From NCBI GenBank assembly GCA_043799405.1, contig JAZDNT010000002.1, positions 10,716 to 74,715 on the forward strand: a stretch of 64,000 nt of DNA. Reading direction: 5' to 3'. The position numbers and the translations under genes were made by a program. Of this stretch, positions 9,104 through 18,822 are shown in pieces. The notes beneath the pieces are model-generated. The model did not search any database. It saw only the letters and a list, made by a program, of their open reading frames with translations, and was not told where the DNA came from. Position 1 is the stretch's first letter. Every line of letters starts with the position of its first letter. This DNA comes from Candidatus Kerfeldbacteria bacterium. Its GTDB lineage: Bacteria; Patescibacteriota; Patescibacteriia; SBBC01.

Positions 9104-9137
9104 GGGGTGCGCAGAGGAGATTATCCATGCGCACCCC
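9104..9137. terminator. bidirectional rho-independent terminator hairpin between convergent genes
   Basis: GGGGTGCGC-agaggagattatcca-GCGCACCCC, a 9-10 bp GC stem. It sits between 6791..9088(+) and prs(-) and is followed by T-rich TTCCCTCCTTTGTTGTGTGT. Confidence 0.55.
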
Positions 9138-9159
9138 GTTCCCTCCTTTGTTGTGTGTC

Positions 9160-10188
9160 CTATCGAAGTCCAAGCTCCTGAAGCGCAGCGCGGTAGCCGT
9201 CGACACGGAACAGCGGTGAGAGGCCCCTGTCCCGGTACACGTGGTCAACGAGGACCGCGATGAAGGGTGCAGCCGAGATGACCGTCAGCTTCGGTCCGAG
9301 GATCTCGCGGTGACGGTTGCTGATAGGCACCGTGTCCATGGTGACAACGCCGTCGATGGCGCTTTCGGCGAGGGTGTAGCACACTGCGTCGTTCGCGAAC
9401 ACGGGGTGCGTGATTACGAGGACGAACTTCTTCGCGCCGAGACCTTTCGCGGCGTTGCAGATGATCCGCGCGGAAGTGCCGGTCGTGACGAGGTCGTCCA
9501 GACCGTAGGCGACGTCGACGTCGAAGTTTCCCATGATGATCGGCTCATCATGGAATCCCGTTGACGTGGTGCCATCCTTGTCGGCAAATCCGATCTCGAC
9601 GCGATGCCCGAGCTCACGCAGGGAGCGGCAGACCGCCCGCACCCGCTTCACGCCGCCCAGGTCGATGGAGGTGATGATCGCCTTCGTGAGGTCCTGCGTC
9701 ATAAGCCAGTCGAGCAGCACCGCTTGCGTGTAGAGACGGTCCACGCGAAGTCCGTCGTTGTACGCTTCGTAGAGAGCGACGCCGACTTCTGAGTGCGGTT
9801 CGACGAGGATTACGTCGTCGGCCCCGGACTGTGCGATGAGCTTGATCGGGATCTTCAGGGTGACGACCCTTCGCGGTTCCTCGCGGCGGTCCTGTCGCTG
9901 GTACGCCTGGAGCGTGATGATCACGGTGATACGGTGCGCCGCGCGTTTTGCGATCATGATCTTCGCGCAGAGGTTGATGTAGTTCCGGTCAGGCTGCTGT
10001 TCCGAGGCGACGAAGATCACGTGCTTCCCGCGAAGGTCGTCGACCTCGAGGACTTTCGGTTCGCCATCATCGTGCGAACCGATGTTGATGTAGGTGAGGC
10101 CGACACCGAGGAGCCGGGCGATGTCCGCGGCGAGCTGATCATTGCCGCAGCCCACCACCGCAAGATTACCGTAGTCGAACGCTGGCAT
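9160..10188 (-). CDS. prs: ribose-phosphate pyrophosphokinase (PRPP synthetase)
   Basis: 342 aa protein. ...TLQAYQRQDRR... matches the Prs motif GYARQDRR, and a PRTase-type PRPP-binding loop (VLVITHPVF...) is present. Overall collinear with Prs. Confidence 0.8.
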   Translation of the reverse strand: MPAFDYGNLAVVGCGNDQLAADIARLLGVGLTYINIGSHDDGEPKVLEVDDLRGKHVIFVASEQQPDRNYINLCAKIMIAKRAAHRITVIITLQAYQRQDRREEPRRVVTLKIPIKLIAQSGADDVILVEPHSEVGVALYEAYNDGLRVDRLYTQAVLLDWLMTQDLTKAIITSIDLGGVKRVRAVCRSLRELGHRVEIGFADKDGTTSTGFHDEPIIMGNFDVDVAYGLDDLVTTGTSARIICNAAKGLGAKKFVLVITHPVFANDAVCYTLAESAIDGVVTMDTVPISNRHREILGPKLTVISAAPFIAVLVDHVYRDRGLSPLFRVDGYRAALQELGLR

Positions 10189-10362
10189 GAAAGTTCACCT
10201 CGCTTGCGCCGAAACGACCGACGCTGTATGGGGTAGGGTATGTATCTCCGATAGGAGAGAGTTCAAGGTGCTGCGTTTGTTTCGGGTTGATTGGGCATCC
10301 TATCGCGAAGCAGCCCCGTCGTCAAATCGTCGTTTTAACGCGCTACGTGGTACAATATCCGT

Positions 10363-11073
10363 ATGGACCAGTATTTAGAGATGATTGTTGGACACATTGA
10401 AGAGCGGTTCCATCCCGTCTCGATTTTCCTCTATGGTTCGCGCGCACGCGGCGATCAGGAGGAAATTAGCGACTATGAAATCGGCGTTCTTTTCAGTAAT
10501 GATAATCCTGTGACAAGAACGATGCTGCGGGAACTGAATCCTCCGGCAAATTTTCTCATCTACCCCTTTCACTACGCTCAATTTCTTAAGCATCATATTG
10601 ACAGTCCTTTTCCGCAGAATATTTTTTTCAGGGATTTGCGCGTCAGCGGCAAAACGCTTTCGGGAAAATCTGTCATTGAGAAGTTTACGCCTCCTCCGAT
10701 CGCCGTGGTTGATCTGGTGGAGCGGATAAATTTCGATATGGCTTTTTCGCTTGCTGCGTTGTTCTCTTTTCGGACCGGATATTCCCGACAGGCGAAAAAC
10801 GATTTCACGAAATCGTGTTTGTTCGGTGTGCGATGTCTCACTATATTGCAAGACAATATTTTTCCAAAGACGTATGATGAAATGCACGAACGGTCAAAAT
10901 CACTGCCGTTAAGAGATTTTCACGACGTGGTTGCCAACGCCATCGCTGTCCGGCACGGCGATGCGCTGCAGGAGAAATTCGTATTTCGGAACATCTCCCT
11001 GTTGAATACGATTGTAAGGGAGAAGATACGGGGTCACTTTAATCGTCATGGCGACAGTGTTGTCATTCAATAG
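10363..11073 (+). CDS. Pol-beta-superfamily nucleotidyltransferase domain protein
   Basis: 236 aa protein. The N-terminal HPVSIFLYGSRARGDQEEISDYEIGVLF is a GS-x9-13-D[x]E nucleotidyltransferase motif. The C-terminal ~130 aa have unknown function. Confidence 0.65.
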   Translation: MDQYLEMIVGHIEERFHPVSIFLYGSRARGDQEEISDYEIGVLFSNDNPVTRTMLRELNPPANFLIYPFHYAQFLKHHIDSPFPQNIFFRDLRVSGKTLSGKSVIEKFTPPPIAVVDLVERINFDMAFSLAALFSFRTGYSRQAKNDFTKSCLFGVRCLTILQDNIFPKTYDEMHERSKSLPLRDFHDVVANAIAVRHGDALQEKFVFRNISLLNTIVREKIRGHFNRHGDSVVIQ

Positions 11074-11165
11074 TGTATGGTACAGCACAGGAAAAAACTC
11101 GTGATTATCGACGGAAACCCCGCACCGTACGCTTCGCTTGGGTGCGAGGCAGGCGCTCTAACCTT

Positions 11166-13928
11166 ATGAGTGCTACACGAAAAAAATTAGTAATAGTTGA
11201 TGGTAACGCGTTGATCCACCGCAGTTTTCATGCTCTCCCGCCGCTCTCGAAAAAGGACGGTACACTTATTAATGCCGTGTACGGTTTTACGACGGTACTT
11301 TTGAAGATGTTCAAGGAACTGAAGCCGACGCACGTTGCCGTCTGCTTTGACCGGAAGGAGAAGACGTTCCGTCACGAGGAGTTCGCGGACTACAAGGCGA
11401 CGAGGGTGAAGGCTCCCCAAGAGCTCTACGACCAGATCCCGCTCGTGAAGCAGCTCGTCGAAAGCTTCAACATTCCGATGTTCGAGAAAGCCGGTTTTGA
11501 GGCTGACGACCTCATCGGTACGATCGTGAAGGAAGCAAAAAATATTCCAAAGGTCATCGTGACCGGCGACATGGATACGCTGCAGCTCGTCGACAAGGAT
11601 ACGACCGTTTACACTCTTAAGAAAGGACTCGGCGAGACAATGACGTACGATGCGGGCGCCGTACAGGAACGTTTCGGGATCCTGCCTGCGCAGCTCATTG
11701 ATTACAAGGCGCTCCGCGGCGATCCGTCCGATAATATTCCCGGGGTCCACGGTATCGGCGAAAAGACGGCATCCGAGCTTATAGCAAAATTCGGGACAAT
11801 CGAGAAGTTGTACAGCGCACTGGAAAAGAAGTCCACGAAAACAAAAGATATTCCGGACGGCGTCAGGGAAAAACTTGAGCATGGCCGGAAAGACGCATTC
11901 CTTTCAAAGCGCCTTGCAACGATCACGCGGGATGTTCCCGTACTCTTCTCGCTCGATGAAGCGGCGCGGAAGCACTATGACCGCTCGAAGGTTGCGGCGC
12001 TGTTCAGGGACCTTGAATTCACATCGCTGCTGAATAAGCTGCCGGATGACGCAGAGGAGGAAAAGGAATCTCCATCGAAGAAGGCAGCGGTGCAGGCGCT
12101 ACTGATCGACTCTGCGCCTCCGTTAAAGCAAGGCCACGACTATTCGTTGGTCGCCGACCAGGCGTTATTCGATGCGTTCATTGCAAAACTCCGTGGTCAG
12201 AGATCGTTCACGATCGATACGGAGACGACCGGCCTCGATCCTCTGAGCGCGAAACTTCTCGGTATCAGTTTTTCATGGGGGGAAGGAAAGGCATTCTTCG
12301 TTTCACTGCAGGGCGACTGGTTACTCCATTTACAGCCGATCCTTGAGGATAAAAACATCGAGAAGCGCGGACATAACCTGAAGTACGATCTAAGCGTGCT
12401 CGAAACCGCGGGCGTTACGCTCCGCGGAGCGACGTTCGATACGATGATCGCATCATACCTCTTAAGCCCTGGTTCACGGGCGCACAATCTGAACGCCCTT
12501 GCCTTTGAGCAGTTCGGGTATGAGATGCAGCCGATCGAAGCGCTCATCGGACCCAAAGGGAAGAAACAGCTACCAATAGAGACGGTTCCCGTTCAGAAGC
12601 TGTCGTGGTATTCGTGTGAGGATGCGGACTACACAGAACGGCTTGTTCATGTCCTGTCAGACCGGCTGAACCACGAACGGCAGCTGCGTGATGTTTTTGA
12701 TACGATCGAAATGCCGCTCGTACCGGTTCTGACGTCCATGGAGAGGAACGGCGTAAAGATCGACGTCGATTTCTTGCGCACGATGAGCGTAGAGCTGGGA
12801 AAGAGGATAGCAACGCTCGAAAGCGGCATCCACCGTCTTGCCGGTACGCCGTTCAACATCGCTTCTCCGCTACAACTGAAAGAGGTGCTGTTCGATAAGC
12901 TGCACCTTCCGACGAAGGGCATCGGAAAGACGAAGACCGGCATTTCGACTGCCGCTGATCAGCTCGAAAAGCTCGCTGATGCGCATCCGATCGTCGGGAA
13001 GATCATGGAGTACCGGGAGCTTACTAAGCTCAAATCGACCTACCTCGATGCTCTGCCGGAGCTCGTGAATCCGTCTGACGGACGCGTACATACGAGCTTC
13101 AATCAGACGGTGACCGCGACCGGCCGATTATCCTCTTCAGATCCTAACTTCCAGAACATACCGATCCGAACGGAGCTCGGCGCGGAGATACGGAAGGCGT
13201 TCATAGCGGACCGCGGCAAACGCATACTGTCCGCGGACTACTCGCAGATCGAGCTCAGGATCGCCGCCTCGATCGCGGACGTAAAGAAAATGATCGAGTC
13301 GTTCAACAAAAACGAGGACATACACGCGCGTACTGCAGCGGAGATCCACGGCATTCCGATCGCCAAAGTGACAAAGGAGATACGGCGGACCGCAAAAGAG
13401 GTGAACTTCGGCGTGCTGTATGGAATGGGCGCGACCGGCCTTGCCCGCCGGCAGGGGATCGGCAAGGAGGAGGCGCAGGCGTTCATCGAGAAGTACTACA
13501 TGGTGTACCACGAGCTGCAGGATTGGATGGAAGAGACGATCAATGCTGCCCGCGCCCGCGGATATGTTGAGACGCTGTTCGGAAGGCGGCGCTACCTTCC
13601 CGAGCTTACGTCGTCGAATCCGATGATCCGTGCTGCTGCGGAACGTATGGCCGTCAACATGCCGACGCAGGGCACGTCGGCCGACATCATCAAGCTCGCG
13701 ATGATCCGCATCAATGAACAGTTGCCGAAGGTATCAGAAGGGTCGAAAATGATCCTGCAGGTGCACGATGAGCTCGTGTTCGAGGTGCCGGAAAAGGATG
13801 TTCATAAGGTTGGGGCGCTGGTGAAGGAAATAATGGAGAATGTATACACATTAAAGGTTCCTACGGTCGTTGAGGTTGAGATCGGTAAGAATTGGGGAGA
13901 GACAGAGAAACTCGGAGGGAAAACCTGA
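11166..13928 (+). CDS. polA: DNA polymerase I (5'-3' exonuclease, 3'-5' exonuclease-like and polymerase domains)
   Basis: The start is at the ATG giving MSATRKKLVIVDGNALIHRSF (typical 5' nuclease N-terminus). Pol A motifs RRTAKEVNFGVLYGMG and VHDELVFEV are present. The track ORF extends 31 codons upstream to a GTG at 11073. Confidence 0.95.
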   Translation: MSATRKKLVIVDGNALIHRSFHALPPLSKKDGTLINAVYGFTTVLLKMFKELKPTHVAVCFDRKEKTFRHEEFADYKATRVKAPQELYDQIPLVKQLVESFNIPMFEKAGFEADDLIGTIVKEAKNIPKVIVTGDMDTLQLVDKDTTVYTLKKGLGETMTYDAGAVQERFGILPAQLIDYKALRGDPSDNIPGVHGIGEKTASELIAKFGTIEKLYSALEKKSTKTKDIPDGVREKLEHGRKDAFLSKRLATITRDVPVLFSLDEAARKHYDRSKVAALFRDLEFTSLLNKLPDDAEEEKESPSKKAAVQALLIDSAPPLKQGHDYSLVADQALFDAFIAKLRGQRSFTIDTETTGLDPLSAKLLGISFSWGEGKAFFVSLQGDWLLHLQPILEDKNIEKRGHNLKYDLSVLETAGVTLRGATFDTMIASYLLSPGSRAHNLNALAFEQFGYEMQPIEALIGPKGKKQLPIETVPVQKLSWYSCEDADYTERLVHVLSDRLNHERQLRDVFDTIEMPLVPVLTSMERNGVKIDVDFLRTMSVELGKRIATLESGIHRLAGTPFNIASPLQLKEVLFDKLHLPTKGIGKTKTGISTAADQLEKLADAHPIVGKIMEYRELTKLKSTYLDALPELVNPSDGRVHTSFNQTVTATGRLSSSDPNFQNIPIRTELGAEIRKAFIADRGKRILSADYSQIELRIAASIADVKKMIESFNKNEDIHARTAAEIHGIPIAKVTKEIRRTAKEVNFGVLYGMGATGLARRQGIGKEEAQAFIEKYYMVYHELQDWMEETINAARARGYVETLFGRRRYLPELTSSNPMIRAAAERMAVNMPTQGTSADIIKLAMIRINEQLPKVSEGSKMILQVHDELVFEVPEKDVHKVGALVKEIMENVYTLKVPTVVEVEIGKNWGETEKLGGKT

Positions 13929-14103
13929 GCGGTTTTCCCTTCCGACAGCCTCCCTTTCCCTTGCGAGGAATCGCGCCTCGCGGCTCGTCTAGGGTCCCGT
14001 CGGGCAAAGCCCGCCACCCTGATCCTCGCCGCTTCGGTCGCGATGAAGATTTACAATCCGCCTCGCAGGCTCGGCGGATGTTGTAGATTATAGAAATGGA
14101 AAC

Positions 14104-14130
14104 GTCGACCTCGGGGGACCGAAGGTCGAC
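14104..14130. terminator. hairpin between convergent polA and a small minus-strand gene
   Basis: GTCGACCT-cgggggaccga-AGGTCGAC, an 8-bp stem. Confidence 0.4.
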
Positions 14131-14177
14131 GTTGTGCGCGTGTGCGCAATTCATGGACAGTGCAGATGATCGGGCGC

Positions 14178-14333
14178 TTACTCCTTGCCCCAGGCGATCC
14201 AGCCCAGGATCCCGAAGGCGATCAGGATAGCGACGCCACTGGAATACACCTTCCAGTTCATCAGTATGAGGCCGAGAACCATGACGACCCCACCGATGTA
14301 GTATGCGATCGCGAACAATCGCTCGGCCGTCAT
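14178..14333 (-). CDS. small hydrophobic membrane protein (51 aa), not in the ORF track
   Basis: My own translation of the minus strand gives MTAERLFAIAYYIGGVVMVLGLILMNWKVYSSGVAILIAFGILGWIAWGKE. An AAGGAG RBS sits 6 nt upstream of the ATG. It lies immediately downstream of the 14361..15113 gene. Confidence 0.45.
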   Translation of the reverse strand: MTAERLFAIAYYIGGVVMVLGLILMNWKVYSSGVAILIAFGILGWIAWGKE

Positions 14334-14360
14334 AGCGGTCTCCTTGTGGTGAGCTGCGTG

Positions 14361-15113
14361 TCAGTCCTCGCCGATTACTCCCGACGAGACCGGGATACTG
14401 AAGGGTTCGGGTGCAAGGACCTCGACGCTGGTGAACGGCGCCGTCTCGACGTGTTGGGCCGGATGCTTGGACGAGACCATACAGGTCTGCGTCCCCTCGT
14501 ACACGACGCGATCGCCGACTTTTCCCAGGGAAGAGAAGGAGACGATCACCATGCCGCGGTCTCTACTTCCCGAGATACGCGTTGTCACGATTCTCATCGT
14601 GATGATGTCGCCGGGCTTCGCTTCCCCTCGGAACGCAAGATCCTTTGCTCGCGTCCACCGTCCCACAAGTGGGACGCGACACGGATCCGGAAGCTCGAAT
14701 CCGAACGCCCGCCTGCGGAGCGCATACATGAGCGCAGCGAAGACCTGGTTCGCCACTTCGGGGTAGAGGTGGCCCGGAAACACAGGGTACCCGGGAAAGT
14801 GGCCGGTGCAGTGCTCATCGGTGACGGCGAGAGTTCCGGTGGCGCTGTAGATGCCATTGGCATCGGACGCCGGAACCGTGGCGACCGATGCGGAATCGAG
14901 CAGAAGCGCTTCCGGCCCGAACGGAAGAGATTCCGCGAGCTCGAGCTCGCCCAGCACGATAGCGCAGTTCGCGATGTCCGCAGGCAGGAGCTTCGCACCG
15001 CATACCGAGCAAGCCTCAGGGAACACCGCGCCGTCCCTCTGGACCGCAGTCCAGCAGTACGGGCAGAACGGCGTGAACCTTGGGTCACACAACAGATGCA
15101 GGTGTTGTTTCAT
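14361..15113 (-). CDS. zinc-ribbon plus FabA/FabZ-like hotdog-fold (3-hydroxyacyl-ACP dehydratase-like) protein
   Basis: 250 aa protein. The N-terminal CPYCW...CSVCGAK forms four Cys. The central TDEHCTGHFPGYPVFPGHLYPEVANQ matches the FabZ/FabA active-site motif HFPG-P-PG. Confidence 0.6.
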   Translation of the reverse strand: MKQHLHLLCDPRFTPFCPYCWTAVQRDGAVFPEACSVCGAKLLPADIANCAIVLGELELAESLPFGPEALLLDSASVATVPASDANGIYSATGTLAVTDEHCTGHFPGYPVFPGHLYPEVANQVFAALMYALRRRAFGFELPDPCRVPLVGRWTRAKDLAFRGEAKPGDIITMRIVTTRISGSRDRGMVIVSFSSLGKVGDRVVYEGTQTCMVSSKHPAQHVETAPFTSVEVLAPEPFSIPVSSGVIGED

Positions 15114-15369
15114 CGCTGGTACCTCCGAGTTGAAGGTGGACGTTGAAATCCCGTGGGAACCAAGATACGTACAGCGTGATGTCTACGAGCAATACCCTCC
15201 CTGGTTTGTTGGTGTTTGTGGTTGCGTTGGAATGTTGCTACGATAACGCTCGACGGTATCACTGTACAGCCGTCCTGTCAATCCCATTAGAGAGCCGCTT
15301 AAACTTGAGTAATTTTTTGAGTTCTTATACAACAATGATATCATTGAACTCTCTAACGGGATCAATCCC

Positions 15370-16347
15370 ATGATCATCTACCTTTCCGGCGCTGATACGT
15401 TTCGTTCGCGCGAACGGCTGCATCAGCTTCGCAATGCCTTTATAAAGAAGTACGATCCCTCCGGCATGAACGTCGTTTCGCTCGAGGGCGCAAGTCTTAA
15501 GTTCGAAAAGTTCCAGCAGTGCGTGTCGAGCCAGGGATTCTTGAGCTCGCGGCGGCTCGTTATCATCGACCGTCCGTTCGAAGCAGACAGGAAGACGCAG
15601 GAATCGATCGCCGAGTTCATCACGTCGAAATCGGTTCCCGATGATACCATCGTCGTGTTCATCGGCGATGACGTTATACAGAAAAAACGTACGAAGGACG
15701 CCGAGGGAGCCTCACCGCTCGCATCGGTCCTTCAGCACAGCAAGAACAGAGAAATGTTCGATGCGTTGGGGCCAGCTGACGCCGAACGCTGGATCATAAA
15801 GAGGGTGAAGGAGCGCGGCGGTTCGATCGATCAAGCCGCAGCAGAGCGTCTCGCGAGCATCATTTCGAGCGATCTCTGGCTCGCGACAAACGAGATCGAC
15901 AAGCTCGTCAATCAGAAGCGCTCTGCGCCGATAACGGTCGGCAACGTCGAGAACGACATCAGCGAGAAGATCGAGGCGAACATCTTCGAGTTCACCGATG
16001 CGCTCAGCAAGAAGAATGCGCGTGCAGCGCTTGCTTCACTCGAGCGTCACTTCGCCTCAGGCGCAAACGAGCTGTATCTTCTTACCATGATCGCACGCCA
16101 GATACGGATACTGCTCTCGATCGCTGATATCGCGAAGAGCGAACCGAACCCCTCGACGATCGCAGCACGGCTCTCACTCCATCCGTATGTAGTGAAAAAA
16201 AGTCTTGAACAGATAAGGACATTCTCCCGCTCGGAGCTGTTGCGCGCCCACGACGAGATCGTCGAGATCGACCACCGACTGAAAAATTCCCGAGATAATC
16301 CTCGGGCGCTCCTGGAGCTGTTCGTGCTCCGGATGTGCGGTGACTAG
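15370..16347 (+). CDS. holA: DNA polymerase III delta subunit
   Basis: 325 aa protein. The N-terminal MIIYLSGADTFRSRERLHQLRNAF and overall layout are typical of HolA clamp-loader delta. Confidence 0.7.
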   Translation: MIIYLSGADTFRSRERLHQLRNAFIKKYDPSGMNVVSLEGASLKFEKFQQCVSSQGFLSSRRLVIIDRPFEADRKTQESIAEFITSKSVPDDTIVVFIGDDVIQKKRTKDAEGASPLASVLQHSKNREMFDALGPADAERWIIKRVKERGGSIDQAAAERLASIISSDLWLATNEIDKLVNQKRSAPITVGNVENDISEKIEANIFEFTDALSKKNARAALASLERHFASGANELYLLTMIARQIRILLSIADIAKSEPNPSTIAARLSLHPYVVKKSLEQIRTFSRSELLRAHDEIVEIDHRLKNSRDNPRALLELFVLRMCGD

Positions 16348-16607
16348 CTGAGTTTCTTTACAGCGGCGTGCAGGCGCGACTTGAGCCGGGCTGCGGTATT
16401 TTTCTTTATGACGTCCTTTTGTGCCGCACGGTCGATGATCGAGACCGTTTTTTTGAGGAGATCGGACGCCTTCGCTTTGTCCTTTGCCGCAGCCGCCTTT
16501 CGGACAGCCTTGACTGCTCGTTTCAGGTTGAGCTTAACGCGGAGGTTGCGGCTGCGACGGCGCTCTGCCTGTCGCATTGACTTGAACGCTGCGTGTTTGA
16601 TCGGCAT
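16344..16607 (-). CDS. rpsT: 30S ribosomal protein S20
   Basis: 87 aa basic protein. MPIKHAAFKSMRQAERRRSRNLRVK... is the characteristic S20 N-terminus. Confidence 0.9.
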   Translation of the reverse strand: MPIKHAAFKSMRQAERRRSRNLRVKLNLKRAVKAVRKAAAAKDKAKASDLLKKTVSIIDRAAQKDVIKKNTAARLKSRLHAAVKKLS

Positions 16608-16654
16608 GGTTCTTTAGTATCTAGGGTGAGTTAATCGGATGCGCGAGCAGTATA

Positions 16655-17095
16655 TCAGGGTTTTCGTTTACGGGCAAGGGTCTTACGGAGAAGAGAGGAT
16701 TTGTACCGGGAGGGAATGAAGGGTTTAAGGCGTACGACCGTACATCGGATGCCGTGCTTTTTTAGATCCCTCGCGAGGTTTTTTGTGTAGTGACACTGAT
16801 CGTACCCGAGAGCGATAACGTTTGGTTTCAGGCGCTTAATGAGTGCGAAGCGGTTCGCCGGATCCTTCAGTGCAAGGACAGCGCGATCGACGAAAGCGTT
16901 TTTCCGGACAGCGGTAAGCCGTTCAGTTTCAGAATGTACCGGATTTCTCCGTTTCAGTTTCAAAACGGTCGAGTCTCGCCCTACGACGACGACGAGCCTT
17001 GTCCCGAGCCGTTTCGCCTGTCGTAAAAATGACCGGTGGCCTTTGTGCAGTAGGTCAAAGGTGCCGAAGGCGAGGACAGTAACCTCTCGACTCAT
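16655..17095 (-). CDS. cytidylyltransferase-like nucleotidyltransferase (HxGH family; FAD synthase RibL-like or PPAT-like)
   Basis: 146 aa protein. AFGTFDLLHKGH is the (T/H)xGH motif of the nucleotidylyltransferase alpha/beta fold. The C-terminal tail is K/R-rich. Confidence 0.7.
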   Translation of the reverse strand: MSREVTVLAFGTFDLLHKGHRSFLRQAKRLGTRLVVVVGRDSTVLKLKRRNPVHSETERLTAVRKNAFVDRAVLALKDPANRFALIKRLKPNVIALGYDQCHYTKNLARDLKKHGIRCTVVRLKPFIPSRYKSSLLRKTLARKRKP

Positions 17096-18669
17096 TGAGA
17101 GTATTTTATCGGCAGAGTCCGGTCTTCAGTCGAGGCGCACACTTTATCGTTCGGGTAGGGCTCGCAGACCGTTATCTTATAGTGATAGGTCCCGCTCGCA
17201 TATCCGGGGAAGACTTCGGCCCAGTGGTCCGTTTCTGATTGTGAGTAGTCGCGGCTCTGTTCCTGATATGACGCATCCATTCCGAACTGTACATACCCAT
17301 TGGTTCGTTTATTGGTAGTCCAGCGTACAACGACGTAGCTATCCGATGCGCGCTGGGTTGCGGAAACATTCGAAATGACCGGCGGTGTCGCATCATTTGT
17401 GGGCGGCGTTGTGGGCGGCGTGGGGTATGTAGCGACGCCATCCAGGTATGCGCATGCCGGATCGGGCGTGGGTGTGCAGGACCAGATCCCATAGTAGAGG
17501 TTTGTCGATGAAGTCGCCGTGAATTGATGATGGATGGTGGAAGCAGGGCCCTTGTCTATCCGTGTGCCGTAGGCGTTCGTCGTCCCATATTCCACGACCG
17601 ATGTTGACTCCTTGCTTGTGATCCAGCTCACTGTCGCGGAGTCCCCATCCCATCGCGAGGTGGCATCGCCTGCGGTAAAGGCACTACCGCCGGAGATGGG
17701 CGTCGTCCAGGCCGTACGCTGTGCAGCGGTGGTTGAGCCCGCGCCGAGCGGATTGTATCCGTGGATAATCTCGTTTCCGTCGTCATAGCCATCGCCATCG
17801 GTATCTTTCTTTGTTGGCTTTGTCATGTACAGAGTTGTTTCTAAGGTATCGGTAAGACCGTCACCATCGGAGTCACCAGCAGTTGCTGCGGCATTCGTTA
17901 GTTGGTTTGTCGCGGCTCCATTCGACCCATTTGTCGTATTGCCAACACCGTAGTCGCTCGTGTGCGGTTTTTCAAGAGAAAAATCACCGCTCGTCATTGT
18001 ATTCCTGCCCTTAACGAAAAGTTCGGAGAGATTTTTACTACACGACTTGTTACAGCCGCCCATCCGATATGCAAGCGTGAAATCATCCCCCTTCTTCTCG
18101 TAGGGAAACGTTTTATCGGTGTAGATATCAACAATAGCTATGTCTTCGAGCGGTTGTGCGAGCGAATTGAGTGTGCAGGTGACCTTTTGCTCCTTGCAGC
18201 CCGCGATGAGCGAATCGTATGCATTCGCAAGCAGTTCAATCGTATCAGGGAACACGCCATGCAATGTGCGGTAATCTATGATAGCACCCCTGAGCGCGTT
18301 AACACGGTTGAGCTGGATAATGTATTTAACGTCGTCAACGCTCCAGCCAAGGAGATCGGTATATGCCCTGAGTGCTTTTTGATCTGAGAAGTCATAGCGA
18401 CCATTGCGCGTGTACGCGTTCAGATTTTCTTGAAGTTCATTTGTGTTTTTCGATAACCACCGGCGAAACGTATACGCATCCCAGACGCGTTTTCCACCAA
18501 ACCAGGCAAGCGGGACGACCAACACGACCATGATGACGATCGGAAGCCATATGTTTTTGTTCAACGAAAAACGTCTGCGTGGCAGCTGCTGCAGCGGATC
18601 AACTGGCGATGACCCCTGACCTTTACGGGCGTTTAATGAATCATCGAATTGTGACAGTGGGTCTTTCAT
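17092..18669 (-). CDS. membrane-anchored surface protein with TSP3-like calcium-binding module and C-terminal FN3-like region
   Basis: 525 aa protein with an N-terminal TM (NIWLPIVIMVVLVVPLAWFGG). It carries the module DSDGDGLTDTLETTLYMTKPTKKDTDGDGYDDGNEIIHGYNPLGAG. Confidence 0.65.
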   Translation of the reverse strand: MKDPLSQFDDSLNARKGQGSSPVDPLQQLPRRRFSLNKNIWLPIVIMVVLVVPLAWFGGKRVWDAYTFRRWLSKNTNELQENLNAYTRNGRYDFSDQKALRAYTDLLGWSVDDVKYIIQLNRVNALRGAIIDYRTLHGVFPDTIELLANAYDSLIAGCKEQKVTCTLNSLAQPLEDIAIVDIYTDKTFPYEKKGDDFTLAYRMGGCNKSCSKNLSELFVKGRNTMTSGDFSLEKPHTSDYGVGNTTNGSNGAATNQLTNAAATAGDSDGDGLTDTLETTLYMTKPTKKDTDGDGYDDGNEIIHGYNPLGAGSTTAAQRTAWTTPISGGSAFTAGDATSRWDGDSATVSWITSKESTSVVEYGTTNAYGTRIDKGPASTIHHQFTATSSTNLYYGIWSCTPTPDPACAYLDGVATYPTPPTTPPTNDATPPVISNVSATQRASDSYVVVRWTTNKRTNGYVQFGMDASYQEQSRDYSQSETDHWAEVFPGYASGTYHYKITVCEPYPNDKVCASTEDRTLPIKYSQ

Positions 18670-18822
18670 GCACGGAGGAAGAAGCGTCGTCTACTGGTCC
18701 TCATATAGTTTATCGGGTCGGGATATGCAGTGCGGCACGTTGTAGGAGGTCAAAGGTGCCGAATACTAATACAACCTTCGTGATTTTTCGCCTCGGTTCG
18801 GGACGGACCGGATTAACGGCTC

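Noticed and set aside
11073-11165. GTG start extending polA 31 codons upstream (overlapping the NTase stop)
   Set aside because: The Pol I 5' nuclease domain conventionally begins at the MSATRKKLVIVDGNAL sequence. The extension is basic and low-complexity.
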